From NCBI GenBank assembly GCA_026014515.1, contig JAOZIG010000039.1, forward strand, positions 1 through 42,989: a stretch of 42,989 bases of DNA, in the 5' to 3' direction. The notes beneath the pieces are model-generated. The model searched no databases, was not told the DNA's origin, and saw nothing but the letters and a program-made list of their open reading frames with translations. Numbering within the stretch: the first letter of the stretch is position 1; each line of letters starts with the position of its first letter. A program made the position numbers and the translations under genes. Source of the stretch: Candidatus Bathyarchaeota archaeon (GTDB taxonomy: Archaea > Thermoproteota > Bathyarchaeia > TCS64). Below are positions 35,735 to 42,989 of the stretch, piece after piece.

Positions 35735-37234
35735 GTGAGGAAAATGCAGGATTACTACATTGGCGTGGACAGCGGAACCCAGAGCACCAAAGCCATCATC
35801 ATGAACACAGCGGGCGAAGTATTAGGCAAAGCCTCAAGAAGCTATGGATTGATCGAGGGACTACCCGTTGGACATATGGAGCAGCATCCTGAGATATGGG
35901 TTCGTGAGACCCTTGCAGCCATCAGAGAAGCCCTAGACATAAGCAAGATAGACAGAAACAACGTGAGGGGTATCGGTGTAAGCGGTCAACAGCATGGTTT
36001 TGTACCCCTTGATGAGTCTGGACGTGTCATCCGTCCAGCTAAGCTCTGGAACGATACCAGCACAGCCGAGGAATGCCGCATCATCATGGATAATCTCGGA
36101 GGACTGGAAGAGACGGTTAAGCTTGTGGGTAACCCCATGCTTCCCGGTTACACTGCGCCTAAGATACTTTGGCTGAAACGTCATGAACCGGAAAACTATG
36201 CCAAGCTGGCGTATGTGTTGCTTCCTCATAATTACATCAACTATATGCTCACTGATGTCGCGGCGATGGAGTATGGAGATGCCTCAGGCACTATCTTGAT
36301 GGATGTAAAGACGCGGCAATGGTGCAAACCCGTCATCGATGTAATAGACCCTGAGCTTGAAGAGAAATTACCTATGCTATACTCGTCGGACTCTCCTGTT
36401 GGTTACTTGAATCCGAAGGCAGCCCACAGCCTAGACCTATCCAGTGATGTATTGGTGTCTGCTGGTGGCGGTGATAATATGATGGGTGCTATAGGCACTG
36501 GTAATACTTCTCCGGGGAAGGTGACTGTGAGTCTCGGTACCAGTGGCACCGTTTATGCCTACTCTAAAAAGCCTGTTGTTGACCCGGTTGGTGAGGTTGC
36601 TGCTTTCTGTGACTCGACAAACGCTTGGCTCCCCATGGTTTGCACAATGAATGTCACTGTAGCCACTGAACAGGTACGCGGATTATTCAAACAAGACTAC
36701 GCATCACTTGAGAAACACCTATCAGACAGTCCAGTTGGCTCAGATGGAGTATTCTTCTTGCCTTATCTTACAGGTGAACGCACACCAAGCATGCCTGACT
36801 CCAATGGGGTGCTCTATGGACTGAACCCCGGAAACTATACTGAGTCGAATATCACTCGCGCCACCGTTGAAGGCGTAACCCTTGGACTCAATTATGGATT
36901 AAACAGGATGAAGGAACTCGGCATAAATCCCTCTGAGATTAGATTAACTGGTGGAGCAAGCCGTAACCGTGTCTGGGCACAGATATGCGCGGACATATTT
37001 GACACTGAGGTCGTGGGCTTTAAGGAGTCTGAGGGTGCCGCGCTTGGTGCAGCCATACAGGCTTACTGGTGTGATGGGCTTCAGAATGGCTCCGGTGAGG
37101 CGATCTCAGATATCACCGATAGACTGGTTACGGTTGATGAATCAAGTAGGCTCTCACCGGTGAAGGATAACGCAGTTAAGTACAAGCGTATCCAGAAACG
37201 CCATGACGCGTTACGAGACCATATATTTCAATAA
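35735..37234 (+). CDS. xylB: xylulokinase (FGGY carbohydrate kinase)
   Basis: YYIGVDSGTQSTKAII, MEQHPEIW, GGGDNMMGAIGTG and LTGGASRNRVWAQICADIF follow the XylB pattern of the FGGY family. GTG start, alternative ATG 35744. Confidence 0.8.
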   Translation: MRKMQDYYIGVDSGTQSTKAIIMNTAGEVLGKASRSYGLIEGLPVGHMEQHPEIWVRETLAAIREALDISKIDRNNVRGIGVSGQQHGFVPLDESGRVIRPAKLWNDTSTAEECRIIMDNLGGLEETVKLVGNPMLPGYTAPKILWLKRHEPENYAKLAYVLLPHNYINYMLTDVAAMEYGDASGTILMDVKTRQWCKPVIDVIDPELEEKLPMLYSSDSPVGYLNPKAAHSLDLSSDVLVSAGGGDNMMGAIGTGNTSPGKVTVSLGTSGTVYAYSKKPVVDPVGEVAAFCDSTNAWLPMVCTMNVTVATEQVRGLFKQDYASLEKHLSDSPVGSDGVFFLPYLTGERTPSMPDSNGVLYGLNPGNYTESNITRATVEGVTLGLNYGLNRMKELGINPSEIRLTGGASRNRVWAQICADIFDTEVVGFKESEGAALGAAIQAYWCDGLQNGSGEAISDITDRLVTVDESSRLSPVKDNAVKYKRIQKRHDALRDHIFQ

Positions 37235-37247
37235 TAATATATTCTTA

Positions 37248-37468
37248 TTATATTAAATCCAAAAATTGTTCTCTTGATAGATTAGCCTGTCGTAGAATCG
37301 ACTTTAGTGTACCTTTTGCTATTTCTCTATGATCAGGGATAATCACTATTAGCGTCCTGCCATTCTTTTTCTTTAACCTAATATGACTACCTCTTTTGCC
37401 AACATCGATAAACCCATTTTACTAAGAGCCTTAATTACGTCACGACCAGAGACTACTGGTAGAGTCTG
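37248..37468 (-). pseudogene. hicA: hicA toxin remnant (no start codon, 1-nt frameshift)
   Basis: In the hicB frame after its TAG: QTLPVVSGRDVIKALSKMG, then a stop 13 codons later. The -1 frame continues GFIDVGKRGSHIRLKKKNGRTLIVIIPDHREIAKGTLKSILRQANLSREQFLDLI-stop. The shift is at the GGGTTT run, 37410-37415. Confidence 0.7.
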
Positions 37469-37678
37469 CTACTTTACCTCTATCAACGTAACCATTGGTT
37501 TGAAATCAGGAGACTCGTAATCAGCATCTTCGTCCTCAAGATAAAGCGTAATAGCTTCTTTCAGGTTTTCAAGTGCTTCTTCAATTGACTTGCCTTGACT
37601 AGCTATATCCAATTCTGGACAATGTGCTACGTAAAGCTCATTTTCTTTGTTTATCACTGAGGAGAACTGATGAGTCAT
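37469..37678 (-). CDS. hicB: HicB-family antitoxin (UPF0150 domain only)
   Basis: 69 aa. ELYVAHCPELDIASQGKSIEEALENLKEAITLYLE is the canonical HicB N-domain pattern. Confidence 0.75.
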   Translation of the reverse strand: MTHQFSSVINKENELYVAHCPELDIASQGKSIEEALENLKEAITLYLEDEDADYESPDFKPMVTLIEVK

Positions 37679-37775
37679 TGTATTTTGTTCTCGGTTGGTT
37701 AGATATAGGCTTGGTGTTTCATTCTTTTGTTACCTCAATAAGAAATCATATACTTTATCTGGTATCCTATTGGCT

Positions 37776-39110
37776 ATGTCATCTCTTCGCCACAAGAATG
37801 AGGTCTATAATTATATCGATGAACACAGCCAAGACGCTGTAACTTATCTACGGAAACTAATCAAGATCGATACTCATGTCCCACCGGGGCTCAACTACCC
37901 TAAACTCTGCAGGGTCATGGCAGACCGCTTCAACCAATACGGGTGCCTATGCGAGATACATGAAGCCACAGAGCCATACCTTGAGGCATCAGGCGCGGAA
38001 ACAATGGGACTCGATGGACCAAGAAGCAACATTGTAGCCACCTACAAAGGCACAGGCGGTGGACCAAGGCTTCACTTGAGTGCTCACATCGACACCGCGC
38101 CATATGACCCTGAAGGGTGGACCGTAGACCCACTTGAAGGCAAGGTAACCGAGTCCAACCCCTATGGGAAGAGTCCACTGGATGTTGGTGGGGGCTATGT
38201 CTGGGGTAGAGGTGCTTGCGATGACAAGAGTATGCTTGTAGCTATGACTATGGCGTTGGAGACCGTCCATGAGCTGGGGTACAAGCTCAGAGGTGACTTG
38301 ATTCTCACTGGCAACTGTGATGAGGAGATTGGTGGTGTTGCTGGTCTTGGTTATCTCATTAAGGAGGGTTTGGTGAAGGCTGATCTGGGTATCCAGCTTG
38401 ATGGTGATGTTCATAAGATGGGTTTAGCCGCACAGGGAAGGGTCAGGTACAGGGTTAAGACCTATGGTAAATCATATCACGGTCAGATGCCCATTCTAGG
38501 AGTTAACGCCATTGAGAAGATGAGCAACATCAACGTAGCCCTCACAAGGCACTGGAGAGAAGAGCTACTCCACAGACACAAGGCGTTGCATGGTATCGTG
38601 TTACCCGAGGCTATCGTGGAGGCTGGGTATGATAAACTGACTGCGATGCTGAATATTGGTACCATTAAGGGCGGAATACAGGGTGCTACTGTGCCTGATC
38701 TATGTGAGGAGGAGGTTTTACGGTGTATGCTTCCCGGTGAAAATGAGGCTGATGTAACTGCTGAAATCACAGAGGTCATTGAATCAGTGAAGCAAAGCGA
38801 TCCCGCGTTGAAGTACAGTCTTGATATAATCAACAGCCGTGAAGGCTACGTACAAGACCCAAATCATCCGTTTATCCAGAGGAGCCGTGAGATAATCAGT
38901 GATTGTCTCGGTGTGGTTCCCGAGTTTTCTGGTAATCTTGGTAGTACGGATATGAATTATCAGGTGAATGATGGTGGTCAACCCTGTTTCACCATGGGCA
39001 CTGGTTATGCTTATACTCGTTATCATCAGAAGGATGAGTCCGTGAGTATCGATGACTTCTTGATGAACGCCAAGATGCTCGCGTTGATTATACTATATAC
39101 CTTAAGTTAG
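37776..39110 (+). CDS. M20-family metallopeptidase/deacylase (ArgE/DapE/CPG2-like)
   Basis: LRKLIKIDTHVPPG, LSAHIDTAP, GRGACDDKS and NCDEEIGG metal-ligand blocks. ATG 37776 is preferred over the track start 37695. Confidence 0.8.
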   Translation: MSSLRHKNEVYNYIDEHSQDAVTYLRKLIKIDTHVPPGLNYPKLCRVMADRFNQYGCLCEIHEATEPYLEASGAETMGLDGPRSNIVATYKGTGGGPRLHLSAHIDTAPYDPEGWTVDPLEGKVTESNPYGKSPLDVGGGYVWGRGACDDKSMLVAMTMALETVHELGYKLRGDLILTGNCDEEIGGVAGLGYLIKEGLVKADLGIQLDGDVHKMGLAAQGRVRYRVKTYGKSYHGQMPILGVNAIEKMSNINVALTRHWREELLHRHKALHGIVLPEAIVEAGYDKLTAMLNIGTIKGGIQGATVPDLCEEEVLRCMLPGENEADVTAEITEVIESVKQSDPALKYSLDIINSREGYVQDPNHPFIQRSREIISDCLGVVPEFSGNLGSTDMNYQVNDGGQPCFTMGTGYAYTRYHQKDESVSIDDFLMNAKMLALIILYTLS

Positions 39111-39111
39111 A

Positions 39112-39660
39112 TTAATCTTTTTTAAAAAACAGTTTAATGTAATTGAATATATTTAACTTAATCAAACAGTCTTTTATGTTGATTATTTGTTTTTTCCATA
39201 TTAAAACAATTAAAACAATGCCTGCTACAAAGAGAATATATGATAATATGCCAAATAAGGGATTGAAAAAAGCATTGATTTGCTCCTCCTTATTAATATT
39301 AAATTTAATTATGATTAAAACATTAAATAAATAACTAAGATATGATATTAAATATGTTCCTATGACGAATAAACTCCTAGCTATATTCAATATTATTACA
39401 GATTTGTTATAGTAATATAGAATGTATAAGATGAAAGAAATAAAAAACAACAACCAAGAATAATATATTGTGCGAGACATGAAAGGCAATGTTTTTTCGT
39501 ATTTTAGTTGAATCAATAAAGGTATTCTAACAAGTGTATAATTATAAAGAGGGTATTCTTTTATATCCAGTGATAATAATTGAGTACTAATAACAAAAAT
39601 TAATCCCATTAAAATTGTTACAATATTTAACTCATCTTTTACTTTAAAATCATCGCTCAT
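39112..39660 (-). CDS. AT-rich orphan multi-TM protein
   Basis: 182 aa, I/L/Y/N/K/F-rich, about 5 TM. It is the only long ORF in a segment of about 20% G+C. No family recognised. Confidence 0.45.
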   Translation of the reverse strand: MSDDFKVKDELNIVTILMGLIFVISTQLLSLDIKEYPLYNYTLVRIPLLIQLKYEKTLPFMSRTIYYSWLLFFISFILYILYYYNKSVIILNIARSLFVIGTYLISYLSYLFNVLIIIKFNINKEEQINAFFNPLFGILSYILFVAGIVLIVLIWKKQIINIKDCLIKLNIFNYIKLFFKKD

Positions 39661-39753
39661 TTAAACACAAAAAAATGTTATTCTCTATTTATTAGAATCT
39701 TTAGATTGAAATTAGTCGTTTATTTCATAAACCCAAGCAACTCCTATTCTCTT

Positions 39754-40896
39754 ATGAAGGATTTACGCCCACAGAAAATACATAGAACCCCAGAGCAGCT
39801 ACTGAAGCATCTTAAGGGTACTACTCTTGAGCCCAAGTATAGTGCGGGGGTCTGGTATTTCTACCCGGGAGCAAGCAGGTTCCACGAAACCTACATAGAC
39901 AAAGGTACCATCGAGGAGACGCTGCGCAAGGTTGCTTGGATGCATGATGAGGGTTATGTTGATTCTAGTTTCGGTGTGGAGGCTCACTACCCCAACGAGG
40001 TGAACTGGGAGAACCTCCACCTATACAAGGAACTGGAAAAAGAGACAGGCATCAAGCTACTCACAGCCATACCCTTCCTCTTCTACGAACGCAGATACCA
40101 ACACGGAAGCCTCAGCAACCCAGACCCTGAGATCCGAAAACACGCCATAGACCGCACAACAGAAGCATTGAAGCTCAACAAGGAGCTAGGCACAGAGTTC
40201 GCAGTAGTCTGGCCCGGAATCGACGGCTACGAGAACCCCTTCGGACACGATTTCTATGGTATGTGGGACCGTTTCGAGGCTGGACTAGCAGAAGCCATGG
40301 ATACGGTACCCGGTGTACGAGTAGCCATGGAGCCCAAACCATACGAGCCACGAGGCAACAACGTATGGAGAAACACGGCAAACGGGTTATTGATGTGCCG
40401 CGATGTAGAGAAGCGGCTCAAAGCAGAGGAGAACTGCGAGGTACTGGATAAGGGGCAGGTTATGGTCGGGTTGAACCCTGAAGTAGGTCACGTTTTAATG
40501 GGTCACGAGGAGTTAGCAGGAAGCTTTGCCTCCGTACTTAGGGAGGGGAGGCTCATGCATAGTCACTGGAACAGTCAGCCCCTAGGTAACTATGATCAGG
40601 ACTTGAACATCGGTGTTCTCGGGTATGACCAGATGCTAGCGACGCTGCTTGTCTTCAAGATGCACAGCTTCAAGGGCTACTATGGTATTGACATTAACCC
40701 TGAACGGATGCCCGTAGAACGAGCCTTGGTACTCAGCATGAACAGTCTCGACGCTGCGTCGGATATCATCAATGCCTTGGATTATGATACCTTGGTGGCT
40801 GCGATGTTTGATCCCGCTGGTTACCCGGGTACGATTGAGGATGTCATGACACGTGCACTGGCTCCTGACAAGTCCAAGTTACGTGAGCTTCCCTAA
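39754..40896 (+). CDS. class-I xylose-isomerase-like TIM-barrel sugar isomerase (divergent)
   Basis: AMEPKPYEPRGNN, GLNPEVGHVLMG and NYDQDLNIG parallel the actinobacterial XylA blocks EPKPNEPRGD, NPEVGHEQMAG and KYDQDLRFG. ATG 39754 is preferred over the track start 39706. Confidence 0.7.
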   Translation: MKDLRPQKIHRTPEQLLKHLKGTTLEPKYSAGVWYFYPGASRFHETYIDKGTIEETLRKVAWMHDEGYVDSSFGVEAHYPNEVNWENLHLYKELEKETGIKLLTAIPFLFYERRYQHGSLSNPDPEIRKHAIDRTTEALKLNKELGTEFAVVWPGIDGYENPFGHDFYGMWDRFEAGLAEAMDTVPGVRVAMEPKPYEPRGNNVWRNTANGLLMCRDVEKRLKAEENCEVLDKGQVMVGLNPEVGHVLMGHEELAGSFASVLREGRLMHSHWNSQPLGNYDQDLNIGVLGYDQMLATLLVFKMHSFKGYYGIDINPERMPVERALVLSMNSLDAASDIINALDYDTLVAAMFDPAGYPGTIEDVMTRALAPDKSKLRELP

Positions 40897-40927
40897 CCTT
40901 TATTCCATCTATCTATTTCTCTTGTTT

Positions 40928-41452
40928 ATGCAGCGCGTGGTTGTTGTCGGTACCTCTTGTTCAGGTAAGACCACTGTGGGTGCATGTATATCTGAGCGGC
41001 TTGGTTTGCCTCATGTTGAGCTTGATAGTATTCACTGGGCTCCCAACTGGACCGAGATACCAAACGAGGAGTTCAGAGAAAAGGTAGCTAAGGTCACTGA
41101 GAGAGATAGTTGGGTGGTGGATGGTAACTATCGTGTTATACGGGATATTCTCTGGGGTCGTGCGGATACGATTGTCTGGCTTGATTTACCCTTCAGGATT
41201 GTATTCTGGCGTAGCATCAAGCGTACAGTTACCCGGATTATCACTGGAAAAGAGCTTTGGAACGGCAATGTGGAACACTGGGATGCCCTACTTGGACCAG
41301 AAGGGATGCCTAAATGGGTCATCAAAACATACTGGAAACGGAAGAAAGAGTTCCCAGAGTTGTTCGCTAGTCCCGAGTATAGTCATCTTGAGGTGGTTCA
41401 TCTTAGAACACAGGCTGAGATTGATACTTGGCTAGGTAATCTTGGCGTCTGA
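40928..41452 (+). CDS. P-loop NTPase, adenylate-kinase / topology-modulation-protein-like
   Basis: VVVGTSCSGKTTVG Walker A, then HVELDSIHWAPNWTE...WVVDGNY...TIVWLDLP, as in FlaR-like small kinases. ATG 40928. Confidence 0.6.
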   Translation: MQRVVVVGTSCSGKTTVGACISERLGLPHVELDSIHWAPNWTEIPNEEFREKVAKVTERDSWVVDGNYRVIRDILWGRADTIVWLDLPFRIVFWRSIKRTVTRIITGKELWNGNVEHWDALLGPEGMPKWVIKTYWKRKKEFPELFASPEYSHLEVVHLRTQAEIDTWLGNLGV

Positions 41453-41507
41453 TTCATTATTCCTTATATAATCCCCCGCTGGATATTCAGCGAATAGGTG
41501 CCAAACG

Positions 41508-42989
41508 ATGCGTGTAGCCGTAGTAGACAAAGAACGCTGTAAACCCGACAAATGCACACAGGAATGTATCAGGTTCTGCCCCATGGTCAGGACAAGACGA
41601 GAAGCCATCAGACAAGACACAGACGGCAAAGCCTACGTATCAGAATACATCTGCAGCGGCTGCGGAATATGCGTCAAAAAATGCCCCTTCGACGCCCTTA
41701 GTATCGTAAACCTACCCGACGAACTTGAATCAGAGCACCTCCACAGGTTCGGACCCAACAGCTTCACACTATACAGGATACCAAAACCCAGACAAGGCAA
41801 CGTAGTTGGGCTTCTCGGGCGAAACGGCATCGGAAAATCAACGCTACTGAAGGTTCTCGCAGGGGAACTCATACCAAACTTTGGGAAATTCGATGAACCC
41901 CCAACAAAGGAGCAGGTAATCGAACACTATGTAGGCACTCCAATGCACGAATACTTTGAGGGCGTCTATGGTGGCGGCTTCAAAGCCATCCATAAGCCCC
42001 AGTACGTTGACAAGATACCTAAAGTAGTCAAAGGAAAAACAGGAGAACTCCTAGAGAAACTGGACGAAAGAGGCGTACTAGCTGAGATAGTTGATGACCT
42101 AGAACTTGGGCATCTGCTTGACCGTGATCTCACTGTGTTGAGTGGCGGGGAGCTTCAACGAGTAGCCATCGCTACAGCCATCATCCGAGACGCTCCGGTT
42201 TATCTTTTTGACGAGCCCAGCAGCTTCCTTGACGTTTATCAGCGTACTCGTGCGGCGCGTATTATCCGTGACTTGGCTGATGATGATCGTATGGTTATCG
42301 CGGCTGAGCACGACCTAGCTGTACTGGACTATATGAGTGACGAGATTTTCATCCTCTACGGTGAGCCCGATGTCTACGGTATCGTGTCCAATGTGCACAG
42401 CGTCCGTGAAGGCATCAACATCTACATCAACGGGTACATACCAGACGAGAACGTCAGGTTCAGACAAAGCCCAATAGTGTTCCACGAGAAACCCCCACAG
42501 GAACAACAAGCCAGCACCTACAATATCCTTGAGTGGACTGATCTCATGATGGATTACGGTGACTTCAAGCTGGAAGTTGACGCTGGAGGCATCAGTATGG
42601 GTGAGGTAGTCGGCATCCTAGGCATGAACGGGATAGGTAAGACCACGTTTGTGAGGATGCTTGCTGGAGTAGAAGAACCTACAGAGGGACAGGTAACCAA
42701 CCCTGAGATCAAGGTCAGCTACAAACCCCAGTATATCACGGCGAACTTCGAGGGCACAGCAGAACAAGTACTGCGAAAGGCAGCGGGCACCAAGTATGTT
42801 GAGAACTGGTACAGGGCAGAGATTATCGAGCCATTGCACGTGAAACGGATGCTGGATAAAGAGGTAAGTATCCTGAGCGGCGGTGAGCTTCAACGTGTAG
42901 CTATCGCGGAGTGTTTGAGTCGTGATGCTGATATTTATCTGTTGGACGAGCCCAGCGCATACCTTGACGTTGAAGAAAGGTTAGCCGTT
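41508..42989 (+). CDS. abce1: ABCE1/Rli1 ribosome-recycling ATPase, 3' end outside window
   Basis: Not in the ORF track because it has no stop in the window. ATG 41508 opens a 494-codon frame: MRVAVVDKERCKPDKCTQECIRFCP...CSGCGICVKKCP (two 4Fe-4S motifs), GLLGRNGIGKST, LSGGELQRVAIA, LFDEPSS, and a second NBD GILGMNGIGKTT, LSGGELQRVAIA, LLDEPSA. Confidence 0.93.
   Translation, partial: MRVAVVDKERCKPDKCTQECIRFCPMVRTRREAIRQDTDGKAYVSEYICSGCGICVKKCPFDALSIVNLPDELESEHLHRFGPNSFTLYRIPKPRQGNVVGLLGRNGIGKSTLLKVLAGELIPNFGKFDEPPTKEQVIEHYVGTPMHEYFEGVYGGGFKAIHKPQYVDKIPKVVKGKTGELLEKLDERGVLAEIVDDLELGHLLDRDLTVLSGGELQRVAIATAIIRDAPVYLFDEPSSFLDVYQRTRAARIIRDLADDDRMVIAAEHDLAVLDYMSDEIFILYGEPDVYGIVSNVHSVREGINIYINGYIPDENVRFRQSPIVFHEKPPQEQQASTYNILEWTDLMMDYGDFKLEVDAGGISMGEVVGILGMNGIGKTTFVRMLAGVEEPTEGQVTNPEIKVSYKPQYITANFEGTAEQVLRKAAGTKYVENWYRAEIIEPLHVKRMLDKEVSILSGGELQRVAIAECLSRDADIYLLDEPSAYLDVEERLAV

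Noticed and set aside
37695-37775. N-terminal extensions given by the ORF track for several genes (37695 for M20, 39706 for the isomerase, 40853 for the P-loop NTPase, 27463 for ClC, 34160 for the membrane protein, 11582 for the regulator, 1605 for DUF302).
   Set aside because: The extensions are hydrophobic or low-complexity, overlap neighbouring genes or promoters, and precede an internal ATG where family-typical N-termini begin.
39107-39707. TTAGATT at both borders of the AT-rich island, read as a target-site duplication.
   Set aside because: A 7-nt match in about 20% GC sequence is expected by chance. I recognised no terminal inverted repeats, integrase or transposase.
41432-42893. Five minus-strand track ORFs of 64-91 aa.
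   Set aside because: All are antisense to the open-ended ABCE1 reading frame (41508..42989, +), which carries two Fe-S motifs and two complete ABC NBD motif sets.
1-42989. Scan for tRNA, rRNA, CRISPR arrays, IS elements, integrases and long tandem repeats.
   Set aside because: I found no T-loop GGTTCRAATCC-type motifs in the intergenic regions, no regularly spaced direct repeats, and no transposase or integrase-like ORFs. The only notable repeats are the 35-nt module pair and the two homopolymer tracts, reported above.

Overview
This is a densely coded archaeal chromosomal segment, about 42-55% G+C in the lines I counted, with frequent 1-17 nt gene overlaps and many TTG/GTG starts. Lineage markers are A-type ATP synthase genes, ribosomal protein eS26 (among prokaryotes a TACK/Asgard-type marker, as far as I know), ABCE1/Rli1 and a CDP-alcohol phosphatidyltransferase. 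The ABCE1 gene runs off the 3' edge and is missing from the supplied ORF track.

Most of the window is housekeeping:
- an atpF-H-E-A-B-D-C operon with no membrane-sector genes
- purC-purF and purE
- two MFS transporters and a ClC channel
- assorted hydrolases and wHTH regulators

The parts that deserve a second look:
1. The only large ORF-free gap (33346-33942) lies between an ATPase-less pair of FtsX/MacB-type permease paralogs and a small wHTH regulator. It holds a duplicated 35-nt TATA-containing module flanking a hairpin-rich segment, which is a candidate ncRNA or sORF.
2. A di-glycine ThiS/MoaD-type ubiquitin-like gene appears co-transcribed with an HExxH metallopeptidase and converges on, and overlaps, a minimal JAMM protease gene.
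3. An intact hicB is followed by a start-less, frameshifted hicA remnant.
4. A roughly 0.6 kb island of about 20% G+C encodes a multi-TM orphan protein.
5. A bacterial-style xylulokinase and a divergent class-I xylose-isomerase-like gene are split by items 3 and 4.
6. Two long G/C homopolymer tracts sit at gene 3' ends.

I saw no tRNA, rRNA, CRISPR array, transposase or integrase. All family assignments rest on motif recognition by eye, not on database searches.
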